Shown in pieces: positions 1 to 12,211 of a DNA stretch of 64,000 nucleotides. The stretch lies in contig NC_042997.1 of assembly GCF_006345805.1 (NCBI RefSeq), positions 182,776,001-182,840,000 of the forward strand, read 5' to 3'. The position numbers were made by a program, and so were the translations under genes. The notes under the pieces are model-generated. The model did not search any database, had not been told where the DNA came from, and saw nothing but the letters and a program-made list of their open reading frames with translations. Each line of letters begins with the position of its first letter. Positions within the stretch are counted from its first letter, which is position 1. Origin of the DNA: Octopus sinensis (Eukaryota).

Positions 1-641
1 CATAGGCCCTCAGATTCTTCAGTAAGAAATAGCCACAAGTCGGAACAGATATTTTCACGAGGCATTTCCGACCCTGCCAAGGTAATATCTGACCTAAAAT
101 TTTCAAATCATCGCACTCGCGCCAAATTTATCGGCAGCAAATAAATATAAGCCGTCGATTCCATTACGGAATTAACCAGAAAATTCATAATTAATCAATA
201 TAGGGTGGCAAAAAAAAATTTTGTAGAATTTTTTTGCCACCAGCGGCCTAGTGGAAAAAATTAAATAGTCATAGACCATTTTTAAGTTCAACATCAACAA
301 TCAAGGAACGGCCATAATAGGCCATTCACCCACTAGAAATAACAGCCAAAGCTTCAACCGCAAATAAAAATCAATTCCGTAACAGGAGAAAATTTTAAAA
401 AACATTTACCCTGTAATTTCTTATACGATGCACCGTTTCATCTGCTGTTTAATGGTAAACTAACCTGATTAAATTAAATCAGGCCAATCTTCCATAGGCC
501 CTCAGATTCTTCAGTAAGAAATAGCCACAAGTCGGAACAGATATTTTCACGAGGCATTTCCGACCCTGCCAAGGTAATATCTGACCTATAATTTTCAAAT
601 CGTCGCACTCGCGCCAAATTTATCGGCAGCAAATAAATATA
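1..641 (-). repeat. 492-bp tandem direct repeat unit carrying a hammerhead ribozyme (retrozyme/Penelope pLTR-like), runs off window start
   Basis: 1-149 is nearly identical to 493-641; the array ends at a (TA)n tract. Confidence 0.8.
416..522 (-). ncRNA. Type I hammerhead ribozyme with branched stem II
   Basis: Minus strand: AUUUCUUA-CUGAAGA-AUCUG...CAGAU-GAAAC-GGUGCAUC-GUA-UAAGAAAU; 8-bp stem I, 5-bp stem II, 4-bp stem III, full catalytic core. Confidence 0.85.
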
Positions 642-642
642 G

Positions 643-726
<84 letters not shown>

Positions 727-830
727 TACATATATACATACACACACACACACACAATATATAAATACAGATATATACACTTTGTATATATATACATATT
801 TATATATAGATACACACACGCACATATAAA
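642..830. repeat. (TA)n/(CA)n microsatellite
   Basis: Direct reading. Confidence 0.95.
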
Positions 831-1621
831 TTAACCCAATATATATTTGATTCATAATATTTGTTCTCATGATTGTGTGATGGTGGTAGGCGATAATAAT
901 TCACCGTTGTAAAAGGCCTGTGGCTAGAATATTCAAACTTTTTCGGCTGTTAACGCTTTCTCTCTATGAATGCAGACAGACGTACACAGAGAGAGAGAGG
1001 CGGTGGAAGAAAGAGTGACAGAGCCGGCGAAGGTGGCGGGGGAAAGAGAGTGGAAGCTGTCAAACGTCGTTATAGAGAGAAATTGGAGGGAAGGGAGGAA
1101 AGAGAGAGATCGAGGAAGAGATGGCGATATGCGAAAGAGAGAAACGACAAACACTTGTCAAAGTGTGGGTTTTGTTGCCCTAGTAGCCACAGCTTTTGAG
1201 ATAGGGGTTTGTAATCTAGTCCACTCACTTCCTCGCCTCTTTTTACATGTCCTTGTAAATTTTGGAGCCAATCCGACCCCATCTAGTGCTCCTTAACCCG
1301 TTCCTATCAGACAAACTTTTCGCATTTCAGCTTCATAGATATTGAAAGCGTTCAAAGTTTAGATCATCCGAGAAGCCATATTATGCCACAGCTTCACGCT
1401 GATTGCCCGATTTATCGATCAATCACGTGAAACTGTAGTGGTTTACTCGTGATTATTAACTATTTCACACTTGGGGGTCCGAATTCCTACAAATCATTAG
1501 AAAGACTTACGCATCCACAATGACAATTTTTATAAAATTTTCAAGTGAAATTTTCTTTTGCTCATATATTAAATTGGCTTAATCTTTTGGCTGGAATTAT
1601 TTAAAAAAAAGTACCTATAGG

Positions 1622-1780
1622 TGCAGGAGTGGCTGTGTGGTAAGTAGTCTGCTTACCAACCACATGGTTCCGGGTTCAGTCCCACTGTGTGGCACCTTGG
1701 GCAAGTGTCTTCTACTATAGCCTCGGACCGACCAAAGCCTTGAGAGTGGATTTGGTAGACGGAAACTGAAAAGAAGTCCG

Positions 1781-1826
<46 letters not shown>

Positions 1827-1986
1827 ATATATATATAATATATATATATATAATATATATATTATATATATATATTAATATATATATATATATATAATAT
1901 AATATATATATATATATATTATATATATATATAGTATATATATATATATGTATATATATAATATATATATATATATATATTATTAT

Positions 1987-2017
<31 letters not shown>

Positions 2018-2073
2018 GTATGTATATATATATATATAGATATATATATATATATATATATGTATGTATATAT

Positions 2074-2105
<32 letters not shown>

Positions 2106-2380
2106 ATATATATAATATATATATATATATATCTATATATATATATATATGCGTGTTTGTGTATGTTTGTGTCTGTATTTGTTCCCCACCCCATCATCGC
2201 TTGACAACGATGCTGGTGTGTTTACGTCCCTGTAACTTAGCGATTCGGCAAAAGACACCGATAGAATAAGTACTAGGCTTACAAAGAATAAGTCTTGGGG
2301 TCGATTTGTTCGACTAAAGGCGGTGCTCCAGCATGGCTGCAGTCAAATGACTGAAACAGATAAAAGAGTTAAGGAGTAAA
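1622..2380 (+). mobile_element. tRNA-derived SINE (family A) with an internal (TA)n expansion
   Basis: A box TGGCTGTGTGG, B box GGTTCAGTCCC, CORE-like CCTTGGGCAAGTG; head and tail match 63598-64000 and inverted copies at 20555-20906 and 30662-31012. Confidence 0.85.
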
Positions 2381-2451
2381 GGTCAACAATTACGCTTCGC
2401 TTCCTAACCTATAGCCTAAAACAGATTTGGTTCAAAAATTCCATTACGATG

Positions 2452-2469
2452 TAAGTAGTAGTAGTAGTA

Positions 2470-2502
<33 letters not shown>

Positions 2503-2601
2503 CAGCAGCAGTAGCAGTAGCTTTAATAGCCGTTGGTCGTATACTGTCGAAGAAATCTCATTGTGCATATAGTTTGAGTAATAAATAAATAAATGAATGA
2601 A

Positions 2602-2644
<43 letters not shown>

Positions 2645-2690
2645 ATGAATAAATAAGTAAAAATAAATAAATAAATAGATAAATGAAACT
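2452..2690. repeat. (AGT)n and (AAAT)n microsatellites
   Basis: Direct reading. Confidence 0.9.
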
Positions 2691-4028
2691 CAGCTACTGT
2701 GAGAAATTATGCAAACGATTACAATCAAAGATTGGTTCAAGATAGCTGAAATTGTAACTTCGGGAATTCATAACTATTTAAAAAGGGTGATATTTCTAAA
2801 TAGCTAAGTATCTTTTACATGTAAAGAGACACTCATAACAACGCAAATTAACTGTGCTTTCCTGAATTACTGCTCTGGTTAAGAAATTACCCGAGGGCAA
2901 TTTATATACTTTAATTATGTGACAGATTGTAAGATAGACAGATTAATAACAATGGCCGCTAAGTGGGTGGATAAGAAGACAGGTAGGTTAGGTATATGAC
3001 TGAATAATGTTACGGTTGAAAATCAAAAAAGGTCTGTGTCCTGTCTAAGGAAAATGTATAACAGTTTTGACCGAGAGAAGGTTTTCCTTGAACTTGACAC
3101 AAAATTATAAACGCTGTAGGATGCTGTGATTTTAACTGCAACTAAAAGTAAGTCTTAATCTCTTACGTTTTATCTCATGGAGAAACCGCATATTCCTTGA
3201 GGCTCGTGTGACAACAGCTTTGTTCTTTGTTTTGTATTATTTTGTATTAAATACTTTCAAAAAAACTCCACGTGATTACAACAACAATTGCTTTATTGTC
3301 ACGCCTTTTTATTTTACTGGTCCTTTTGGCGCTACCCTTAGTGACCTTAATTCTTCTTATCTCAGAATATAATTCCCAGTTGAAAAGGTCTGATTAGAAT
3401 ACTTATATACAACTGAATCTGATAATTTCAACAAGGGAGAAAAAGAAATGCTGTCAGTAACAGTTGTAATTGTGTATTTATCTCCTCTGAAGTATATATT
3501 CATTTCCTTAACATGCAGGTTTATTATTATTAGCAGAAACACCTTTTTTTAGAATTATAGGTTACATCAATTTGAGAAAGAATTTTGTTTTTATAATAAA
3601 TGCTTGTTACCTTATCAGGTATTTAGGTTAAGAGGAACTCGCTTTTCTTGCAGAATACTTGTATATTCAAATTATTTTAAGATTAGGACTTCTTAACAAT
3701 AATAAGAAACAGACACACAAATTCTCCGTTTTGTGTTTATATAGACAAAGATGTATTTAAACAATTCGTTGTTACTCTATCTTTTAAAAAATAAACGAAA
3801 CAAAGCATTTCCAGTGAGTTTTACATGAGAGTATATGTCTTGAAAATATCTAAACTAACCGAACTTTGAGAGAAAGGGTGTTTCAGAATATCATCAAAGA
3901 AACTTCTTTTGTTGTTTGGTTTATATACAGGTGATGGTAGATCTCTATCAAAAGTTAATTATGTGTGTCAAGCAACATAGTTAATGTTAATAATTACCGG
4001 AGAATACTCTTCAGGTAACTGGGTTTTT

Positions 4029-4340
4029 TTAACCTATCGGTGACATGTTGTAAGCTTGCAAGGAGGCAACAAATGTCAAGAGATGTTCAAAGAAACACTG
4101 AGTGCTTAGATGGGTGCAGGCCGTGGCCAAACTTTGGTGCCTAGGGGATGCTTCAGAATATTCTGGGTGGGCACTAATTTGTATTGCGGGAAGATTTTTG
4201 TATACTGTATTTCTTAAATCTGAGGGTACACTATTGAATAGTGAGGGTGCAGTTCCGTCAAATGCTCTCCTCTCCTTAGCGATGGGCATGGATGGGTGGT
4301 GGTTATTTATAGAAATAAAATATCTAACTCATGTACGATA
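4029..4340 (-). mobile_element. Degenerate CR1/L2-group LINE 3' fragment
   Basis: FDGTAPSLFNSVPSDLRN resembles the C-terminal P.LFN.LP..IR motif of CR1/L2 ORF2. Confidence 0.45.
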
Positions 4341-4845
4341 GTTATATTTTAAACATATTTCCAAAAATCTTGTCGGGATTAAAATATGAATAGGGCGGAC
4401 GAAGTTTTCAATGGAGAAAGTAGATATGAAAAGGATGATTGAAGACGATGAACCATTGCCCAAGAAACCTAAGCTCTTTGTTATACAAGACTCCCCTGAT
4501 AATGTCATTTCTTACTTTAACTTGTCAAGAAACTGATGGTCGACAACTTTAAGGGAAGCCATCTTCCGGAAGCAGCACCAACTGGGTCGACAAATGTACC
4601 CGACTCATTTTGTAAGCCAGTTCGTGCCAACCCTGCTACAGCTGTTAAACTTATCGATACTGATGACCTAACTGCTACTGACTCAGTTCCTTCTCGGGCA
4701 TCTTAGTCAAGTAAAGCGGACACCCACCCACTGGCACTCAGTCACACACACGCGCGTGCACACGCATGAGTGTGTCGTGTACCTCTGTAAAAACGCACAA
4801 GACGAAAGGGTGTTCGTTTTAATTGACTGTCTGAGTTAATCTGTA

Positions 4846-4930
<85 letters not shown>

Positions 4931-4988
4931 TCGGTAATTTATATATGCGAAAAAGAAACACACTCTAAAACATTAAAGCAGTAATATA

Positions 4989-5370
4989 TGTAGTGGATCT
5001 TGCAGGCATGAAGTGGATTCGATCCTAGATAGCCAAATTTAAATTAACACTTCAACAGAACATTTCTCACGGTGGAACAATTGTTTTTCTGTGACAGCAG
5101 TTTTGCATATGCCAGATGCCTTTAGCTAAGCACGAAATAATGTCTTCCCTACTTGACTCTTCTAACCTCTCCTAGACCACCAAAAGCTAGAATTAAGATA
5201 ACAAGACCACCAACTAAATCCATTGTTCTCAACGATATGTCTATCCTTCTGGATAGTTATAAAAACAAGAACCTCCAAGCAAAAATCAATTAGTCACTTG
5301 GTGATAACTGAGTTAGTCGGCTTGTGACAGCTCAATCAGTTAGTTGATGAATGATAACTCGAGTCAGAGA
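4989..5370 (+). mobile_element. Partial LTR of the family also at 14182 and 44443
   Basis: Starts TGTAGTGG; shares CCAGATGCCTT...CTTGAC..TTCTAACCTC..CACCAAAAGCTAGAATT blocks with the other copies. Confidence 0.65.
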
Positions 5371-6582
5371 CAGCTACCATCGGTTAGTATCATGATCACA
5401 AGCAAGGCAGCTACTAAAGACAATGGTCAAATGGAGAAATGAAATTTACTGTCAGCAGCTATGAGACCCAACTCTGACTGAAATCGGTAAGAGATAACAG
5501 ATAAACGATATATCTAGAACTATACGCCCAGTTTTCTTTCTTAATATGGTAATTTGAGGGAAATTTGCCTGCTATGTGTAGTAGGCCAAGTGGTCCGCAT
5601 AGACGCTCTCTCGTTGGCTAATAATCGTATTATTATTATTACCATTCAGTAGTTTTATTTTTATAACGTGCTTTCACTTCACTACCGAGCGCAGCTCTGT
5701 GTGCCTTGGGTATGTACTGTGATTTGTTATGATGCTCTGATGGTTACTGTATTGAAAGTGTTCTGCGTAGGATGTGGGCAGTGCCCAGTAGTGCAATTTT
5801 CTGTATGTTATATGTGTTTGTAAGTCCTGGTATTTTTGTTATGTATTTGTCTGAATATTTTTTTATCATGCCTAATGCACCTACTATGATAGGAATTGTT
5901 TCTGTTTTTAGATTCCACATTCGAGTTACCTCTATTTCCAGGTCTTTGTATTTTGAAAGTTTCTCCATTTCTTTAAGAGACCCGTTGTCATCTGCTGGTA
6001 TTGATACATCAATTAGAAAGCATTTTTTTCTTCATGATCTCTGACAACTATATCTGGTCTGTTGGCCTTAATTTCTCTATCTGTGTGTATTGGCATATCC
6101 CAGAGTATGGTTACTTTCTCGTTTTCTGTGACCTTTTCTGGTGTGTGCCTATACCATCTTTTTTCTGTTGTTATTCCATAATGTTGGCAAAGCTTCCAGT
6201 GTATGTAGGTCCCAACTCTGTCGTGTCTGTGAATATATTCCTTCTTAGCCAGGACTGGGCAGCCAGAGATAATATGATTTATTGTTTCTTGTCCATCTCC
6301 ACATATTCTGCAGTTACTTGCTATATTTCTTTTCATTACATGTTTTTGGTAATTTCTGGTGGGGAGGCTTTGGTCTTGTGCTGCAATTAAAAAAACCCTC
6401 TGTCTCTGCTTTGAGTCCTGAGCTTCTCAACTATTGCTGGGGTTTTTCATTGTCTATTTCTTTTGCATTTAGTTTAGTCCAGTACTTGCCATGAAGGGGC
6501 TTTTCTTGCCATCGCTTTATCATGGTCCGTTGCTGTTCCAGTTTTAGTTTTGATTTAATTTGCTTTATAGCTTTTGTTGTGT

Positions 6583-6750
6583 CTTCTTCTTCTTCTTCTT
6601 CTTCTTCTTCTTCTTCTTCTTCTTCTTCTTCTTCTTCTTTCTTCTTCTTCTCTTCTTCTTCTTCTTCTCTTTTCTTCTTCTTCTTCTTCTTCTTCTTCTT
6701 CTTCTTCTTCTTCTTCTTCTTCTTTCTTCTTCTTCTTCTTCTTCTTCTTT
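6583..6750. repeat. (TTC)n/(GAA)n expansion inside the LINE ORF
   Basis: Direct reading. Confidence 0.95.
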
Positions 6751-7143
6751 GGTAGGTATGATTTCTTGTTTGTATTTGTCAGCTTCCTTAAATACTGAGA
6801 ACAATTTTTTGTTTTTCTCGTGTTTTACCGCTATTTGTATCAGTTTTCCTTGCTTCTGAAGTAGGTATTTTTGCAGTCCTATGGTGGTTATTTTATAGTA
6901 GTTTTCCAGCTTTATAAGCCCTCTACCACCTTCTATACGTTGTATATATAGCCTTTCTATGTCAGATTTTGGGTGATGCATCCTAGATCCTGTCATTATT
7001 TTTCTTGTTTTCCTATCTATTTTGGTTAGTTCATTTAGCGTCCAGTTAAGGATATTGTAGCTGTAACTGGGACGGCTAAAGTGTTGATACCTATTATCTT
7101 GTTTTCAACATTGAGCTCTGTTTTGAGTATTGATCTAACTCGT

Positions 7144-8088
7144 CTATAGTATTCTTTCTTTATTTTCTCTTTCATTTGTGTGTGTCTTATCTAGTTCATG
7201 GATTCCTAAATATTTGTAAGTTTGGCTTTGGTCTAATTCTCTTATTTCATTGGCTTTATCTAGTGTGATGTTGCTACTCTTAACTAATTTTCCTCTTTTC
7301 AGGGTTATTTTGGCGCATTTTTCTAATCCAAATTTCATATCTATTTCTTTGGTGAATCCATGAACTGTCTTTAATAGTGTTTCCAGCTGTTTGTCATTTG
7401 TAGCGTATAGTTTTAGGTCATCCATATATAAAAGATGGCTGATTGTTTTGCCGTAACGTTTATATCCGCATCCTGTTCTATTTAGCATATCAGATAGAGG
7501 TGATAGTGCCAAGCAGAAAAGGAGTGGAGAGAGCGTGTCTCCCTGGAATATTCCTCTTCTAATGGGGATGGCTTTGGTTTTCACTAGTCCCTCTTTTGTT
7601 TGGAGCTGTAGCATTGTCTGCCATTTTTTCATAGAGTGTCCTATGAATTTTATAATTGTTGGTGCTACTTTGTTAATGGCTAGTGTTTCGAGGATCCATG
7701 TGTGGTGGATGCTATCAAACGCCTTTCTGTAGTCGATCCAGGCCATACTGAAGCCTTTCTTCTTTCTGTGACTGTCTTCAGTTATGGCTTTATTGATCAT
7801 TAGTTGATCTTTACAGCCATATGAGCCTTTGCGGCACTCCTTCTGCTCTTCTGGAAACAGGTTGTTTTCGTCCAGGTGCTTGTTCAATCTTTGTGATATT
7901 ATTGCAGTGAATGTTTTGTACATTGTAGGGAGACAGGTTATAGGTCTGTAGTTTTCTGGTTTTGCTGTCTCATTGGATTTGGGAATTAAGATGGTTTTTC
8001 TCTGCATGAGCCATCCAGGCATTTGCTCTGCCAGTATGTTGTTAAAGTTTTCGGCCAGCTTTTTATGCATTCCAGTCAGATATTTCAA
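7144..8088 (-). pseudogene. Reverse transcriptase domain of the R4/Dong element
   Basis: 314-aa ORF with YMDD and other RT motifs; adjoining frames disrupted. Confidence 0.9.
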
Positions 8089-8565
8089 CCAGAAGTTGGG
8101 GATCTTGTCATGCCCAGGTGCTTTCCAGTTGCTTAGTCTTTGCAGTGCCTGGGTGACCTCTTCAGTTGTTATGGGGGTCCAAAGTTTCTCGGATGCTAAG
8201 TTTGTTGTTTCAATACTTCTTTTTTTTTTTGTTGTTCATTCGCCGACCATATTTTTTTCCATAATTCTTTCACTCTTCTGCCGTTGGCGCTGCAGTGATT
8301 TCTATTTTATTTTTGCCAAGTTCTTGGTAGAACTTTTTGGGGTTGGAGTTGAACTGTTTGTTTTGTTCAAAGAAGCGTTGGCGTTTCTCATACCGGCGGA
8401 TCCTTTGTGCTTTGGCAAGGATATCTTGCTTTAGCTTTTCTTTTATCTCAGGTAAATCTTTTTCTGTGATGTTGTATTTGCACAGTATTTTTGTTTTCTT
8501 TTTGTTGCTTAGTAGCGTTGATTGTCTTATTATAATAATATTATTATTATTATTACTATCATCAT

Positions 8566-8604
<39 letters not shown>

Positions 8605-8865
8605 CAGTAGTAGTAGTTGCTGTTGTTGTAGTTGTTGCTGTTGTTGCTGTGGTGGTCGTCGTTGTTGTTCATTACTTTCGAGTAGTTCTGATCGTATAGA
8701 CATGTGTATCTAGAAAAACTTGCGCGCGCACACACACACACATATTTGTATGTATGTATGTGCATGTGCATGTATGTATTCATACACATACATATGTATG
8801 GTGTGTATTTGTGTGTGCGTGTGCGTGTGTGTGTGAATATGCACGCGCGTTTGCACACACACACA

Positions 8866-8896
<31 letters not shown>

Positions 8897-9408
8897 TACA
8901 AACAAACAAATTCAAAGAATAGCCAAGATTAGCAAATCCTCATTGCGATAATCACTAAAGTCTTTTGTTATGTTAAATACTGCTTATAATTTAGAGTGAT
9001 AAAAATCTTTTGTTGTGACTCTATAAGCCTAAGGTTTATTTAATTAAGCTACCTAATGTGTGTATTTCAAATATCTAGATATCTCCTGTTATCTTAAGCA
9101 CTTTCAGATTAAGACCGACATTTTACCTGCAGGTTTTTGTTTGATAAAACTGAGATTTAATACCTTCTTCTCACTTCTTTTTTCCCTCTCTTTTCTTTCC
9201 CTCTTTCCTAGTGTCTTCTATGATTCATATAATTTCAACCTTAAATATACGAGTCAACGATAGCTACTCTAGACGATCATTCATAATAAATAACAGTGAA
9301 ATATCGCTCTGAAATCACCATTTAGCGTCTTAAGGATGGAAAGACACTTTGAACAGTCTTTTCCTAAGTATACAAAATGGGTTGGTCACCTTCTTTGTAT
9401 ATATAGAA

Positions 9409-9730
9409 CAGGAGTTCTCAACCATCTTTTATCTATGGACCCCTTTAATTACTATTTCATTCTGGTGGACTCCCATAACCATTCGATGTTTAAAACAAGT
9501 TTTATAGAAACCTTCAAAATTCCTATTTTGTTTTTCACACATTAACTTGTGTAGGTTGAACTATGTAAAACATTAAAGAAACCTAGCTGTTTCTTGCAAT
9601 ACGTACAAATACATACATCTAAAGCAAAAGTTTTTCATGGGCCCCTGAAATACTATAGTGCATCCCCAATTTACTATTTTTTTGCATGGCGCTTCAAAAA
9701 TCTTATATGGACCCCGGTTGAGAACCACTG
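9409..9730. mobile_element. hAT (Charlie-like) MITE
   Basis: TIRs CAGGAGTTCTCAACC / GGTTGAGAACCACTG; 8-bp TSD atatagaa/atctagaa. Confidence 0.8.
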
Positions 9731-9902
9731 ATCTAGAAGGTGACCAATTTTTCTAGATACACATATGTCTATATGATCAGAACAACTCGAAAGTAATGAA
9801 CAACAACGACGACCACCACAGCAACAACAACAGCAGCAGCAGCAGCAACAATAACAACAGCAACAACAATAACTAATAATAATAATAATGATGATGATGA
9901 TT

Positions 9903-9940
<38 letters not shown>

Positions 9941-9971
9941 GATGATGGTGATGGTGATGATGATGATGATG

Positions 9972-10012
<41 letters not shown>

Positions 10013-10013
<1 letters not shown>

Positions 10014-10516
10014 GTCTTGGTATAAAAGATGGGCTTTGTTTTGTCTTGGTATAAAAGATGGGCTACAGCAAATATTCTGCTCAATACCACAGATTTGCTT
10101 GTCAGTTGTTTGACCTTAACCAGTTGAGCATGTCCCTTAGTGGCTGACGATATGTGCATCTCTGATCACGAGCAGAAGTAGTGGGGGAGCATCATAGCCA
10201 TGTGTTGAGAGGGATTGTTTAGGGTTTGAATAGTTCACCTCTGGAAACATGGGTGGTTCTTTCAACATCCTTAAACAACCCTTATTCAGGACCGTTTGAG
10301 CGGGATGGGCTACTCAACCTGAAGAAAATTCTAACTGGGCCCCACCTGCAAGGTCATGTGCTGTTTATCTTGATATGAGATCACCATGTCGCGCACATAT
10401 GGTTGTGATGCATGTGCCTGGTGTACCTTTATCAGACGGGTAGTCATGATGGGTATATTGGGCTTCGTATATTTTACCCCAGTGTCACTTTGATGGCATG
10501 AACTGCTCTCTCACTC
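10013..10516. mobile_element. Non-coding interspersed repeat inserted in a (TAA)n tract (probably Dong-related or mobilised by Dong)
   Basis: Flanked by (TAA)n on both sides; inverted partial copy at about 36750-36955. Confidence 0.7.
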
Positions 10517-10649
10517 AATAATAATAATAATAATAATACGATTATTAGCCAACGAGAGAGCGTCTACAAAGGGCGGGGGGGATTTACTACTCTTATTTAT
10601 TTGAAACTTGGTGTAATTAGTTCTCAGAGCTTGCTCCTGGGCGCTGCAT

Positions 10650-11440
10650 ATCAGTGCCTCAGTATATCATTTCAGATCACTTTTTCTTAGCCATCTCCAG
10701 GTGTTGGTCTTGTCTTTCCCTTCGATTTCTCTGAGGCATTGGCCACGCATTGTTTTCATGTTCCAATTGTTTATCCTTTGTTCTTCATCTTGTTTCTCAA
10801 ATGTGTGTCATGTTTTCGGTATGTATCGTGTTATTTCTAACAGTGGCAAGCAAGGATTCACTCTGCTGTTGGATGTACCATCCCAGACTGTTCTTCTCGT
10901 TGGCAACACAAATCTTGCATCCTATGAAGCCTCTTCTTCCCTTGTACCAAGGCACGTACAGTTTATCAATATCGCTTTCTAAGTGCAGTTCCTTGCTAAT
11001 TGTCATCACTTTCATGTTTTTTTTATCCATTTCCTCAAGCTCATTCTTTGTCCATCTAACGACACCTGCGCCGTATCGTATTAAGGAAACAGCCCATGTG
11101 TTCATTGCCCTGTTCTTGTTCTTTCCATTTAGTCTACTTATCATAATTAAGTTAGTTCTCTTGAGATATTCTTACCTAAAGCTTTCCCTCATCTCATTCT
11201 CCTTGATTTATATCCATCAGTCTCAACTTCCTTGATTTTCTCACCGTTGGGTAGTTCTACACCATCAGACGACACTACTTTGCCTATTTCTGTTATAAGC
11301 ATACCACACTTTTTAGTTCCAAATTCCATCCCAATATCCTTACTGAATATCTGCACTGTTGATATCAGACTATTTATTTCACGTTCGATCTTTCCGAAAA
11401 TCTTAAGTCATCCATATGTAACATGATTTAATTTTTCAGA
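10650..11440 (-). mobile_element. Older R4/Dong LINE fragment
   Basis: LNGKNKNRAMNTWAVSLIRYGAGVVRW...SDIDKLYVP..GRRG (thumb region); YMDD-like remnant near 11410. Confidence 0.8.
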
Positions 11441-12131
11441 TATAACAGATGATTTAATCTTTTGTTTTACTTGATTCGGCCATTGGAGTGTGACCATACT
11501 GGGAGACTGCCTTGAAGAATTTAGTAGATCAAATCGACCCAGTACATATTCCAATCTGGTATTCTATTGGCACTTTTTGTTGGACCGCTAATTCTCGTGG
11601 ACTTAAACAAATCAACAGCAGTTGTCAAGCGGTGAGAAACAAGCCCTAATGTAAATACTTGCACATATACATAACACGCAACCCTTCATATACAAATTCA
11701 CACACATATAAAGCGCCAGGAAGATTAAAGTAAAACTGCAGTGGAGAGTGGGATTTCGAACGTTTCCATCGAGTCCTTCTTCAGCGTTAGATGACAGGGA
11801 TAAAAAATAAGGAAAATCAGTAGAGTTTTACATCATCTGTATTTCAAGGCCTGGCTGCAACTGATGGGGAACGTAAAAACAAAAAAAACTTTCGAGAAGG
11901 TCTCCGTCCAAAACGTTGGTAACTCCAGTCCTCCACAGCAATTTTACGTTACCTTAGATTCTATGACACTTTTTCCAAATAACACAAGTTTTGCAGATAC
12001 AGATCACCACCAATCAAATGAATAGGGCAGACGAAGTTCTTACCGGCAACAGCAAAGCTGATAAGGATGACGAAGGCCTCTGTATTTTAGTGTTTTTATC
12101 AGACAGACACACGCACGCACACACGCACGCA

Positions 12132-12211
<80 letters not shown>

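Larger units (their letters stand above)
5641..8525 (-). mobile_element. R4/Dong-clade non-LTR retrotransposon, 5'-truncated and frameshifted (RT + CCHC + restriction-like endonuclease)
   Basis: RT motifs NYRPITCL, IDYRKAFDS, GIFQGDTLSP, YMDD (7144-8088); CRICG..ETINHIISGC, RHD, RPDIV (6013-6336); KLSKYKDL..IPIIVGALG (5744-5968); (TAA)n at both flanks. Confidence 0.92.

Noticed and set aside
474-870. ORFs rich in YI/CV/HT/MYVC repeats here and throughout the window
   Set aside because: Translations of (TA)n, (CA)n and (TACA)n microsatellites; no coding signal
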